Numbered from the stretch's first letter, positions 1-28,217 are shown. The stretch is DNA of 64,000 nt from Amoebidium appalachense (GCA_963693365.1 CAVNZM010000001.1:13626418-13690417), one strand, 5' to 3'. The notes: generated by a model from the letters alone, not told the origin. A program made the numbers and translations.

Positions 1-936
1 CTGCTCTTCACTCTAGTGTTCTTTGACGAGGCCGTGGCAGCAGACATACAGCTTGCCAGGTGCTTCCTGCCGAACCCCCCCCCCCCCCCCCTTCCCCTCC
101 AATGCCCCCCCGCTCCTCCCTCTCGCCTCTCCCCCCCTTTCCCTGCAGGGCCTCCTCCCCTTTCCCCCATCCCCCTTTCCCCTCCCCCCCCTCCCCCCCC
201 CCCCCCCGCCCCCTTTTCTGCATCCCCCTCCCCCTCTCCTCCTTCCCACAATTCTTCCTCCCAACTGCTCCACCTCCTTACTTCCTTGCACGTATCAATC
301 CATCTCTCCTTCCAACCCAAGTGACACCAGTTTTTTGTCAGACAACCTGCCTCCCCAGGCCCACTTATTATGCCTGTCCTGTTCCCCTCCCCCCCCCCCT
401 CTCCCCCCTCAGGGGGGCCTCTGCCCATTCGTCCCTCCTTTTCAAGTCCTCCATTACCTCTTACCTCCCCTAATTCTCATTATTCTCTAATAGTATACCT
501 ATATCTTCCATCCTACCTTTTTGGAAGCTCCCTGCTTCTCTTCCACCTATTTGAAAGCATCTGCATCTACCCCCCCCCCCCCCCCCCCCCCCCGTTCATA
601 GCCCCTCCTTCATCAGTACTCCCTTACACCTGCCCGGCCCCCTTCAGAGTGCCTAACCCCCTCCCCCCCCCACACACACACCCCTCCCCTTTCACACACC
701 TGCACACACGAACGCACCCATGCATGCACGCATGCACCCTCCCTCGCAGCCACGAGCGCACACACTCTTATTCACTTATAGAATTGTTAATAATCTAATG
801 CCCCCCCCCCCCCCCCCCACCCCCCCCCCCCCAACCCCAACCCACCCACACACGCACACACACACACACGCCAAGGTTTCCCTTGTTCTGCTCCTCGGCC
901 TTTCCGCCTTCCCCATAATCTGTCTTTCTCTCTCTT

Positions 937-975
<39 letters not shown>

Positions 976-2271
976 CCCCCACCCCACTGTCACCCACCCC
1001 ACCACCACTGCCCTACGTCACCCTCCCACTTCTTGTCTTTGCTTATTCTTCCTTGTGATGTGCAACACAGGGACATATCCGGGCCACCTGAGGTCCAGCA
1101 ACAACGCCTTCTTCAAATTCTGGGTGCCTGGAGAATGGAGCTTATGGAAACACCCGCTGACGGCAACTGTTTGTTTCATTCGGTGTGGCATTATATCAAT
1201 CAGTATCTACAAAGCGGTCATGTAGCTACCCGTGAACACCTCAACACATTGGGGTTTACAGCTAATATGGAGCCTATAGAGGCGATTGGACGGCTACGCG
1301 AACTAATGGTAAACGAATGGCGGCGAAATCTAGCAGAATACCAAGGATTCCTTTCAAGGGTGACCCTCGCATACGTAGCTGATGATTTCCGCTGTCCTCG
1401 GCGCGCCCATTTTGCTTCTGCAGCCGGTGACGCGATGGTGCTGGGCTTAGCCAACGCACTCCGCATACCAATAACCATTTTTAGCACGATTGCCAATCAC
1501 GGTGTAGTTGCGGTCACTCCACCCACCGTCATCGAACCCAACATTGCCATACCCGTATCACTTAACGGTGCAGCAGATCATTACTCAGTGGTAATACTTC
1601 GCTTGTCGCATGCGAACAAAATCTCGGACAACAACCAAACACAGACATCACACTCAGTTGACACGGAAAACTCGACGGAGTTGGCGTCTAACGCTAACAC
1701 AACTGACACGTTCGGTGGGTTGCCCGCCAAGGGCTGCAGCTGTAATAGAAACAGTAAGGATAGAACACGTTTTTTTTGTGGTTTTAAGAACGGCGGGGGA
1801 AAAGTGCAGGCATACGATGGGCATGAGCGTTGCATATGCGCAAAGAACAAGCGGGCATGCACCCAGGCATGCAGGTGTGAGAATTGTGGCAACAGGTGAG
1901 CCGTATGATATGCATTTGCTACTTTTCTTCTTTTGCATCCTCTATTTGCCCACACTTGGTACTTTATAATCGAAACCTTAACTTGGCCAAATCCAGGTAT
2001 TTCTGCTTGTCCCTCTCTTTATTCCCCCCCCCCCCCCCCCCCCCCCCTTTCCCCCCCTCTCTCCCCCCCCCCCCCCCCCCCCCCCCCCCGGGAGGGGAAA
2101 GAAAAGCCCCTCTCCCAATCCCCTCCCCCTCCTGTATCCGTCGTTTCATGATGTCTAACCCCTCCTCCTCCCCCCCCACCTTCCCCACTGCTCACCACCT
2201 GCACACCCGCACACCATACACAAACTTAAACACACACACGCATGCACGTGTGCACGCACACACACAGCCCC

Positions 2272-2319
<48 letters not shown>

Positions 2320-3489
2320 ACACACACACAATGCATCCGCGCATCATGGTCCATGCATACACGTGTGTGGATAGATGCACAGGTGCACGAATCCACGCAC
2401 GCACGCACCCACAGAGCACGTGTGCGCACGCACACACAAACACACATGTGTACACGTGCGCGCGCATTCACACGCACACACAAACGCACATACACATGCA
2501 GTCATGGACAGCGGCCAGAGCCAAACCGTCCAGGTCGCCCGTCTACCATGCAGCTGCATTTATCCGGCGAAGGGGGGAACCTTTCCCTGAGAAGTGGTGA
2601 TGGGTCCAACACCACCCATACGGCCAACACAACAGCCACCAGGGGCAAGGCCACTGCCACGGTTCCAACGCAAAGGCGGCGCGCACGATTCACGCAAACA
2701 CGAACCACAGATCAGAATGGTTTGGAGTATTATGTGTCTGTGGGCGAGGAGGTACGTTCGGGTAGATGGTCGGATGCGGAGACCGCGTTGATTGAAAGTA
2801 TTGTTATTTCGCTTGCGGAACAAAAGTTGCCGGCAACAGAGGAGGACATATTTGCACATTACCATGCAGCATTGGAGGGCAACGAGGAGGGTGTGGGGCT
2901 GGATGCCATCCTTTCCAAAACATTGAAACAAATCAAGTCAAAAATAGAACACATTGAGAAGGAAAGACGTTTGCGTAGTCAGGTGGCCGCCGAGGTGAGG
3001 GAGGAAATCGCGAGGGCTAAGGAAGCCGCTGCTAGGACAGTTACGGAGAAAGCAAGCGAGAGAGCACGAAACACGAAACGTGGGCTGAAGTCACAGAGTA
3101 ATTCACAGACTGCCCCGTCAAAGAAGGCCAAGCCCAGCGGCCTTTCACGTGCAAGCACCAACACAGGTGTTGCCCCTCAGGAGCATGATCCCACCAGTTC
3201 GTCAACCGATTCGGCGGATGAATTCCAAAGCACCCAACAGTCTGGGGTGATTCCCCCTAGCCAGCACCCGCACCATCCGCAAGCGTTCCACCCCAGTTAT
3301 TATCACACATACCCGAGCACGATAGCCAGTGCACAATGTAGCGTCTGTCAACTGACTTTAGCAATCCCTCCCCATCTGTGTCATACTTACATGCAATGCT
3401 GTAGGTGCAAGGCCATGTTGTATGCTCTGGTCACCGCTTTTGGCATCCGCCTGCTCAGTTTTAGTGTCACGGATAATAGGTGGAAGTGA
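1..3489 (+). CDS. 3' part of a multi-exon gene: OTU-like cysteine protease domain + CXC Cys cluster + Myb/SANT-like helix bundle + C-terminal CxxC...CxxC zinc ribbon (possibly KDZ-type transposon-associated); 5' end lies outside the window
   Basis: Exons <1-59, 1071-1895 and 2502-3489 join in frame through phase-2 GT-AG introns (CCAG|gtgctt...acacag|G; AACAG|gtgagc...atgcag|T), 624 codons. OTU catalytic motifs TPADGNCLFHSV and ADHYS; Cys cluster GCSC...RCICAKNKRACTQACRCENCGN; RWSDAETALI...KTLKQIKSKIEH (Myb/SANT-like); CSVC...CCRC. Confidence 0.8.
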
Positions 3490-4024
3490 GCCAATCCCTC
3501 CACGTAGTTTTTTATTTTTCTAATTGTTATTGTGGCTGCCAGCTGCTTTGGGGTCAGGTGGCAAACGTAGGGCATGTCTAGTAGGTTCGATTAGTATGGG
3601 ATTTGGCATCATGATGCCAAGACTTAGTCAATACAGTAACTTAAGAATCAGTTTGTTAGGTGTTAGTTGTAACATTTAACTTCCAGTAATGTTCAGCATG
3701 TCAGAGTGGTAGTTTATGATTGTAATGTTACTTACAGTTTAACTGTAATGTCACGGTGTATGTAGAGTATGCTGTCACATTCAATGCACACACACGGCAC
3801 ACACACATGAACATGCACACACGCAACCACATACACGTCAAGCACACACTACGTATACATCCATGCATGCGACATTCGCCTTTTTAATACCTATGATATC
3901 ATTACGTAGTCAAAATACCATAATAATAATGTGTAGAAGTGATTGCAGGTCACTTTCACATGCTGCAGCTGTTTTATTAATAATGACACCGTAAATTAAT
4001 GGCAAGCACACTGCAGACTCGGAT

Positions 4025-4025
<1 letters not shown>

Positions 4026-4076
<51 letters not shown>

Positions 4077-4084
4077 AAAAAAAA

Positions 4085-4115
<31 letters not shown>

Positions 4116-4217
4116 TTCCCACCTCGAAATTTTTGGGCGGGGGCGGGGGGCGGGGGCGGGGGGCGGGGGCGGGGGCGGGGGCGGGGGGGGGGGGGGGGGG
4201 GGGGGGGGGGAGGGGGC
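4026..4217. repeat. poly-C / poly-A / poly-C followed by (GGGGGC)n and poly-G; potential hairpin or G-quadruplex block
   Basis: Seen directly: ~C40, an A run, ~C29, then GGGGGC units (about 4137-4183) and a long G run. Confidence 0.85.
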
Positions 4218-6596
4218 TTGGGAAACGAGGGTGCAACCCCTTCGTGGCTCAACAATGAACGTAATTCTGTAGCCTACAGCTGTGACGAACTTCGCAAAAC
4301 TCGGTCGCCGAGTTGGTCAAGTGAGGTGCAGTAAAGCCTGCACGCGGACCGATCCAGCGATCTCCCTGTATAGACTGTTTGAAATTGAAATGTCAACCAA
4401 AACTTTCAAGAAATTTTGATAAGATTTTGAAGGCTTTAAAATTTACGTCTGATAGGTTAATGTGCTGTTTTTATATTATTAATAAGTACTAATTTCGTAT
4501 TTTTAAATAAAAATGTTCATAGAGACGAGAAAAAAACATTGGTTTGCATATCACGCAAATTCACGCTCCGTAATTTTCGTTTCACAAACACCCTGTTTTT
4601 TTTTATCAATTTTGGGTGTATGGGGATCCAGCAGTGAGCAATTTTGCCTTCAAGGAGCCAATCATTTGCGCGCAGCGCACAAATGCACATTCCTGAATCC
4701 TGAAATGTATAAGTATTCTGGGGAGTGGTCTGTATAGCGCCCACACATGGTATAGTGGCGCTTCGAATTTTCTGTGTGCAAATGCTATAGTGACGTAAAA
4801 CGTATAAAGACTTGGTAATAAGTTATAGTGGTAACACTATACTCAATTAAAAACTGACGTTGAGACATGAGCAAGAGTCACACGATACACATGCAATAAA
4901 CTTTTGTAGAGAATAATTTTGCAGAACTGTATAAAAAAAATACACACACAAAATCTCAAATGTTACGGAAGTGCATTTGAGGAATACTGAGACCATATAG
5001 CTCGTTTGTATATACTGGCACTCTTTTTCCTTGGAACGCTTTTAACAATTGCACGTTGTTCAGTGTGCACATCGGTCCACAGCACGTGTGTACACATTTC
5101 AGCCATACAGCTACGATCATCGTGGTGTTGAAGTCTTTTTAGCGTGCTCTTGTGATAGAAGTATTGAACGTGAGTGCACTGTATTAAGAATTTAGATCTA
5201 CCCATGGCTGGCTCAAGTTGTGTAACTAGGGCCTAAGAAAACCGCCGCCCCCCGTACATGGTCGAGCGAGGCTTTGGCATCTTCTGCAACGGTTGGGCGG
5301 ACCCCACACCGTTTCTACGCGCGTGTTCAGGTTTCCCAGCCAAATTGAATGCAGCAACCCGAATGGCAGAAAGAGCACTTAAAACAAACACGCACACACA
5401 CGCACAACAATAGGTATAGACATACACGCACGCACACATTCGTCCAGCCACACATCACCCTGCGCACCCATCCGCCTGTACAAGCAGGTGGAGTTGGAGT
5501 TCCCTAATCTCACCGGTTGAAGCAGCTGCGAGGCCCGTTGATTCGGATTTTCGAAGTCTAAATACGGTATTATTTAATATCGAATCTGTAATCCAGGACC
5601 GAACGCTCACACTGATTTATAAACCATCAAGAATGCGTAGTTTGTGTTCCTTGTGACATAGTAGTCCGGCAACCATCCCTCCTTCGCACTAGGAAAGGTG
5701 AAGGAATGATATTTCAGCAAGCACTTGAGTTTTGAATGCAACACAGACAAAACCTTGGAGAATGGAACCTTTTCATAGAGGTGAGTCCGTGCCACGTTTC
5801 ACACATTCCACGCTCTTCCTCTTCAATCTTCTTGTTCTTTTCTCCCTGCACTATCACCTCCTCCCCCCCCCCCCCTCCCCCCTTCCATCGCTTTCTCCCC
5901 TCCCCCCCCCCCTCCCCCCCCCCACACACACACCTCACACCTTCTCCCCCCTCCCCCCCCCTCCCCTTCTGCTACCCTCCACTGCCACCACCCTCTCCCG
6001 CACCCTCCTGTCTGCGCTCAGCCTGGGCTTCTTCCCGGTCCCAACACCGATAGCCATTCAGGTTTGAATTTGTGTGTTGCCGTGCCGCTGAGGCTGCTTG
6101 TTCCACACAGGCACAGGCACAGGCACAGGCACCAACCTTCTGCTGCACACACACACAAACACACACACATGCACACACAGACACCACACACATGTTTCCG
6201 TGCTTACATTATGTACATGCACAACACGTGCCCGCATGCAATGCGTGCCCACATACGTGGTTCAGTCTCAATCTTGCTTACTCCTTTTGTCTCAAGTCTC
6301 TTCTTACCTTTCCCTAGTTTCCAAGTTTTGTCCTAGTTACCCCTTTTTTTTTTTTTTTTCTTTTTTTTCTCCCTCACCACCAGGGCACCACTGACTATCA
6401 CAAACGTGTCATAAGGTCACTCCATTATCGTTCTCTGTATCCCTGCTCCCGCGGGTGTGTACTTGTTCAGCTGGGAGATTGCCATCGTAGTGGTGGTGGT
6501 GGTGGTGGTGTGTGTGTGTGTATGGTTGGGTGTGCTTGTGTGTGTTTGTGTGTGTGCTTCTGTCTGTGTGTGTGCGTCTGTGTGTCTTTGCGTGCA

Positions 6597-6682
<86 letters not shown>

Positions 6683-7265
6683 CACGCGTGTGTCTGTGTA
6701 TGTGTGTGTGTGTGTGTGCGTGTGTGAAAGTGTGAGTATGGTGTGCGGAGGGAGAGGATTTTTTTGCAGGAGGGCTTGGGGGGGGGGGGGGGGAGAGGGG
6801 AACGTGGGGGGGGGGGGGGAGGAGGGGAGGGGAGGGGGGTAGGGGGGGGAGGGGGGGTAGTTGATTGTGTATAGATTTGTGTGTTCGGTTCTTTCTCGTT
6901 TTTCTGCAGGTGTATGAATACCAGAGAAGTGCGCGGGGGGCAGGGGGGGGGGGGGGAGGGGGGGAGGGGGGAAGTTGGGTGGAGAAGGGGGAGGGGCTGG
7001 ATAGTTGTGAATAGGTTTGCGTGCTCGGTTTGTGCTTTCACTTTCTCCCTGCAAATGTTTGAATCCCAAGAGAAGAATGGTGGTGGTGGCGGTGGTGGTG
7101 GTGGTGGAGGAGGAGGGAGGAAGAGTCCTTATAAGCCAGCATCATTAGGATTTTTATTGATATTATAAAATAGTAATTAATATTATTGAGACTTTATTGA
7201 TATTATATAATAATAATTAATCTTGACGTTAAATTCCCTTCCCAGAGTCCCGGAGGGGCAGCACC

Positions 7266-19669
<12,404 letters not shown>

Positions 19670-20569
19670 CATAAGTGCCTGTGCAATTGTAGTGTGTTCT
19701 GCCAACAATCACGTTTTGCGCTTGCAGGTGCCAGTGTGTGTGTGCTTGTTGAGAATAAGGATTAGGAGGACGGGATAAAACTGGAGAGGGGACAAGGCGG
19801 AGAGAGATTGGGGGGGGGGGGGAGGGGGGGGGGGGGGGGGGGAGGAGGGGGAGGGGGGCAGAGGTTCTAACTGGTGTATTGAAATCTGCAGATAAGACAA
19901 AGTCGCACAACTACGAGTAGGGCGGAACACGTGCTCCGCAGGCAACATCATCTGATTGGTCAAGACCCAAAAGCAACCCAAAGCCAATGAGAGCGCTACG
20001 AGAGGATCTGCAGTTGTGTCCCTTCTGTGGGTGTTTTTTAATTTTATTTCATATATTTTTAAAAATTTAATGATTTAATGTTTACCATGTTGACTGTGAA
20101 ACCAACCTTCATGCGAGCGAAGGATGAATTCTGCCACTGTGAGGCTTTGGATTTCTATTTTCGGTGAGAGTTTTCGGTCATTATATCAGGGTTACATTCG
20201 CATGGATATATATAGAAATATAGCGCCACCGCAAAACTGGAAAACCGATATCGAGAGGGGTAGCAAGAATAGATTATATATAAGCTGTCTGTTTTCCTTT
20301 TGTCTTTAATAATAATAGCGATTTTTGATGTAGAACAGTTATGCAAATGTGATATCGCGTTGGGTCATCAAGTTGAATAACTCCCCCACAAGTGTAGAAA
20401 GTGTATTATACAAATACATGGCCATAGAGTGTTGGTGTTTCACTAACACACAGTCCTCTCCGGATTTAAGTTTTTGGAATGAGATATCGATCTTGGAGAA
20501 GTTCCAGCCAGTGGTAAATATATCAAAAAATTTCTTCTTCTTCTTCTTCTGCCTTTTTCTTCTTCTTCT

Positions 20570-20600
<31 letters not shown>

Positions 20601-23408
20601 GTTGTGGTTGTTGTTGTTGTTATTGTTGTTGTGTCCTACTGTCATGATTTGGGAGGTTTAGTGTGGTTCGGACAAGAAAATGTGGGTGCAATGATGACCA
20701 ATGAAGCGCTTTGGTGATAAACCTATATATATACACTGGCAGGACAGTAAAAAAATAAAAGGTGAACTTGAAATAAACGAGGCCTTGTATAAATATCTTT
20801 CTGCCTGCACGGAGGCTCAGGAACACATGTACACGCACTGTCTCATATCATCAAAGGCCGGATGTGCGCGCACACACACACACACATACACGTCACACAC
20901 ACACACACACACACACACGTCACACACACATAAGCACATGCACGCACACACACACATGCAGACACACACACGTTGACCATGACCACACACACAGACACAA
21001 ACGTATGACACAAAAGCACGCACCCACACACACGCGCACACACATGTAACACACACACACCTACGCGCGCGCGCGCGCGTCACACACACATACATACATT
21101 CCTCCGTGTAATTGCCATGGCTATGGCCATATGCATGGAATTGAATCATATCTATTAGATCCTTGCGATCGAGGCATCGGGTCATACAGAGATCGTCAGA
21201 GCGTCAACTGTCACGTGCACATGCGCGCTTTTCACTAGCACCCATCTAACTAGTCACTTTTAGGCGCCACCCTCGCGAGTTGGCTGTATACGTAGGCCCT
21301 ACATAGGGCCCCTCGTTAACCGAGAGCGGAAAGTGACATATGCATATGCAACGTACGATGGCAATGCAAACAAACATCTCGATTGCGATCGTCCGTTGTG
21401 TACGTACGCGTGGCCCACATGCAGACACCCCTAAACGCTAAAATCCTGGTTTATATGGTATACCTAGCCACGTAAAATACGACGGTCCTATGGAAAAAGG
21501 CACACACACAAAACATACAACGCGGATAAGAACCGCTCTGCACACAACTTGAAGACACAAACACACATGTACATGTGCATATGCATGCCCACAACAAAGC
21601 TTTCCTTATACATAAATCTTTTCGAAAAGTGCCCCTGACTATTCGAAGTCAGCCAACGGGCAAATATATTATATTAAGTTACCAGCTTGCCCCTTACAAC
21701 CGTTTATGCCTCTATAGAGGGTCAGCCAGGCTGGTTTGGCAAAGCACTGAGTTGGGAAATGAGCAATACACAAATTTCACACCCTGGCTAGTGTACACAA
21801 GGACGACGATTCGGTTGGCTGCCCACTTTTGCGCACAAGTGATTTCTGATTGGCTGTCAACAAAAAAGGCGGGAAACTCTTTTGGCGGCGGGCCCTAGCT
21901 AGCCTAGAAATGTACACTGTAAATCCTACCCATTAAACCTGCTGAACAGACTGTGTCATCAATACACTTGCCATGTAATAGTTTATTTATGAATAAATTA
22001 GATTAGAGGGGGGGAATTTTACAAATAGTCTATTTGTAGAACTCTCACTCTCAGACCGTTAGTTGAAGGCCGCAATAATTCGCATAGCAAAACGCGCCTC
22101 TTCCCGGGCGAGCATCTTATAGTTTTCGTGGTTTATCAACATTCTAAAGCTTCCATTACAGCTGTGGAAAATAAGAAAGCCTCCACGGAGGCTCACACGA
22201 GGGCCAGTAGTAACACAGTTGATAACCAAACGACAATTTCACACCATGTGCAGAACGATCTAGAATCTACGACGCGGCTTTGGCACGACCAATCAGTAGC
22301 AGTCACCTTCCTGAACCGAACTTTTGATTGGTCGATTTGGTCCTGATGGAAGATTGAGCCAATGGCATTATCGTTTGGCTCAAAATCCAGATCAGATTCC
22401 TTTCTGAAGTTGTTGCCGGCTGTTACAACTTACAACGGGAACTCACGCCACGGCTCTGGTTTCTTAAATTCATTCACAAATAAAAAAGAGCAAAAATAAA
22501 AACAAATTATATGAAGGTTCAAGGTATACCACCTAAAGGAAGCATATTACACATATTCCGAGCTGCCCTCCGATGATTTCCCGCAGGAGACACGTGAGCG
22601 GTCGCCACTTGCAGCGGTCCAGCTCTTTGTTTTTCTTTTTACCGCGCTCGTAGGTAGATCTCGGCATGTTGCGAGTCGCAACCGTCGGACCCGACGGTTG
22701 CCCGCGGGTTACTTCATGCATGGACACACCGCCTTGTGTGTCATTTCACAGCTGAAGCAAACACGCATGCACGCTTTACCGGAACAATTTCTTTGGCCCT
22801 AGTGAGAGACAACTCCTACTCTGCTAAGAACGCAATTCACACATGCACATTGTCAAGTCGCCAGTCAGATATCCATTATTACACGCATGTTACCACTGCC
22901 GCCCATACCTGCACGTACGCGTAGTGGCACCATTTGCATAGAAACCTAACTACTCCCATCAACTCCCATCACATGACGCCCACATGTAAAAACAATCACA
23001 GCGCGCAACAGCTGTGTTTGTCCAAGCTTATTGACATAAGTGGTGCTGTTCTTGAATTACTAGTCAGCGCAATTTATCATACGTATGACGAGCATGTCAC
23101 AGAGCACATGCAGGTGTTGTTGACCCAGTAAACACCTAACCATACACCCACTTATACATACCTACATTCCCCTCTTTTTTGAGGGGGCTTCCAATAACCG
23201 AAGGCATACAAATTGGGGATCAAAAACTACGCGAACCCCGTCACACTCACGCACACACCAACATGAATGTATGATACGGCCGCGGCGGGGACGTCCGCTT
23301 GCATGAACCGGAAAACAAACAAGTGAATTTACCGTTGAATAACAGAAAGCAGTCTTCACGCACCCCATATGCACATCAATGTACAAAAACCCCACAAACA
23401 CGTATAAA

Positions 23409-24903
<1,495 letters not shown>

Positions 24904-25999
24904 CGATGGAAATCCGGTGTTTTCGAACTTCGGAATTTCAATCGTTTGGGTAATATCCTTAAGAAACGCAGTTTTATGTGGACTTGTGCTTGCAGGACCT
25001 ATTGGAGAGCTTGCGGTGACTATTTTGGTTTCATATGTCACAAAGTTTCCGACTAGCAGCTATCAATCATGTGGCTGATCTCAGGAGTTAAAGCTGAGCA
25101 GTGTTACCGTAATTTCAACCCTAATTTATTAATTAGTTACGTGACATGTGTACATACAGTACGATGGAGTATTGATGTGATGATGCTATGGTATAAATTG
25201 ATGGTTACCTGGTTTATGTATCTTTCAATCAAATAATCTAAATTTGAAATATGGCGCAACTTGAATACGTGGCACTGCACATGTCTCCGTGCCACATGAC
25301 GTATACGCTCTTCCCATTCCTAAATATGGTCGGGGTGCTTTCTTCGCTGTTGCTTTTCTCTTGGGCAGCATACTGGTGTTTCTTTAAACACGAACATTAA
25401 TGCGCAAATCCCGCTTCTGCCTCGTAACCAACCGAACTTATATGCAGAGGCTTGAGGTTCCTAGCATAGTTTAATAAGATGACAAAGCGGGTTAAAATAA
25501 ATAGTTTGAAAAGCTTAAAACTGCTCAGAAGTTCCAATCGCAGCTGCCCCATGTCATATATGTATGCTAGCAAGATTGTGTCATCAATAAATATGGGTGT
25601 CTACACACGTGTCAAACTCAGTATTATGTTTTACTGGTATGGGGGGGGATGTAGGTGTGCTGTGATGATGTGTCGGCACCAAGGTCAACAGTACTTCCAC
25701 CCAACAAGATATGCATGTAAAAATCGGCGTTACGCTTACATCATTAAGTTATATGTGGAGATACAACTTTTTTTTTAAAAAAATAAAAAAAAATAAAAAA
25801 AATAACTGGTATACGTAGCTTACACGGCACCGTTATGCGGTATGATCAGATATTGATCTACAACCACAGTCCTCCTGGCCTCCGTTTCAAACCAAAAAAA
25901 CGGATAAAACTTTGCTTGTAATTTGAAATTCACCGGGGATCGAAAGAGCTGCTATGTAAAATCTGAAACTTTGTGCCTGATCAAACATGATTCCACCAG

Positions 26000-26123
<124 letters not shown>

Positions 26124-26624
26124 TGCGGCTGCAGGCACCACTCAGACTTAGTGCCTGCAAGAGGTGAGTGTTGTCATAGGGGCTATGATGCCCATACCGA
26201 GTCCCACATCATGCATGCTTCGGTTTTTTGAGTAATATCAGGGTTCTCGCACGGTTATTACTTTAAGTGTTTGTCCTTTTGACGTGAGTAGCAGTTGTTC
26301 AATACCTCTTAAAATCGTGCTTCAGGTTCATACAGGAGCATTATCGTATGGTAAAATATACGCTTTTGAATACCTCCTCCTCCCCCCCTCCCCTCCTCTC
26401 CCCCCTCTCCCCCTCCTCCCTTCCTCCCCGTAGCCCCCCCGTACTTTTTTCTCATGTGCATGCACAAAAAACGATAGTGAACTTAATCGGTTCCTAAATC
26501 TGGTGGCCCGTGCACACCTATATTGATAATCGTAAGTTGCATGCACCCAAATTAAATGACTAGGATATAGTATCCTCCCCCACCACCACCACCACAACCA
26601 TCACGTGCACCACCACCATCCACC

Positions 26625-26712
<88 letters not shown>

Positions 26713-27138
26713 TACATATACACACACACACATACACGCATACACATACGCACACACACACACACACACACACATACACACACACATACACACCCCCAAG
26801 CACATCCACACACACACACGTGCACACATGCACACACACACACACACACATGCACACACACAAACAAGGGGAAAAAAGTCGAAAGAAAGAAAGAGGGAAA
26901 CTTTAAGAAAGAAGGAAAAAAAAGAAAACTTGGAAGAAAAAAAATAGTTTCATTTGAGCTTTCAGTGGAATCGCGGAGGCACATTTTACAGACGGGAAGC
27001 CCGGTGCATGGTGGTGGTGAACTTCAAGTGGTAATGGTGGTGGTCTGGTTAGGTCTGCTAGCGCAATTATGGCAAAACACACACGCGCAAATCATTAGAA
27101 TGTGCAGTGTGCAGGCAAGAACTTAAACAGAGCTCATC

Positions 27139-27199
<61 letters not shown>

Positions 27200-28109
27200 T
27201 GTGTTGGGGGAAGGAGGCGGGGGGAGGGGGAGAGGGAGAGGGGCCGGGGGTGGGTGGGTGGGTGGGTAGGGGGGAGGGGAGGGGAGGGAGCCGGGAGAAG
27301 GAGGGATGAACATTGTGTTTAAGCGTCATGCCAGATACTGTCCGTAATCAAGAATCCTCCTCATGCAAAAAAAACGTGCTATTGGCCAGCTTAGAGTTGG
27401 GGGCTTTTTTTAAAACAAAAAAACCCACCATTATGATGGCCTGGTCCACCAGCTGTAGGTGTTTAGACACTGAGTCATTGATTTGTTACAGGGGGACTGG
27501 CCGAAACCACTAGGCTACGCAAAATATTAGTTAGGCTAGTCATGCGCCCCCCCCCCCCCCCCCCCCCCCCCCTCCCCCCCCATTCCCCCCCCCCCCCCCC
27601 CCCCACACACACACAAGCTTACCATTCCCCAGCCCTTCCCCAGCCCTTCCCCAGCCCTTAGGAGTCCTCCCACCCCCCTCCCCCCCTCCCTCTCCCTCCC
27701 CCCTCCCCCCGGCCCTCCCCTTCACCAGCCCTCCTCCCCCCCCCCTCCCGGCCTCCCCCTCTCCCTTCTCCCCCTTCCCCCCGCCCTTCCATAATACCCC
27801 CTTTCCACGCTGGACCCTCCCAGTCGGACCCCCCCCCCCCCCCCCCCCTCCCCCCTCCCCTTCCCCCCCCCCCTTCCCCCCTCCCACGGGGTACATGTGC
27901 ATGATAACGGAAACAAAAAAAAATAAAAAAAATGCACCACGATGTTCTTATTGGCTTATTGGCAGAACACACCTGTTGAGACTAGTAGCTGATAAAAGTA
28001 CTTGCTGCAACTCAGGGCCATCAGTGACACCAAACACAGAAAAGCTATTTCATGCATTCTAAGGCTTCTTCTCACTGATCAACTCTGGCCATCATCGTAT
28101 ATTCCGGCT

Positions 28110-28145
<36 letters not shown>

Positions 28146-28184
28146 TTGCCCCCCCTCCTTTTTCAACATTAATCTTTTGTGTTT

Positions 28185-28217
<33 letters not shown>

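Noticed and set aside
1033-1899. Stand-alone 288-aa OTU ORF and separate 415-aa ORF (2242-3489)
   Set aside because: Canonical splice sites join them into one gene; the listed starts lie in introns.
4300-4360. tRNA gene
   Set aside because: Only an A-box-like motif; no GTTCRA T-loop, no 7-nt anticodon loop and no acceptor stem.
6384-6440. Stop-codon reassignment or TGA readthrough to rescue the upstream exons
   Set aside because: All confident genes use the standard code with TGA, TAA and TAG stops and no in-frame stops, so there is no support.
21304-21898. MITE bounded by TAGGGCCC...GGGCCCTA
   Set aside because: Only an 8-bp inverted match and the flanks show no target-site duplication.
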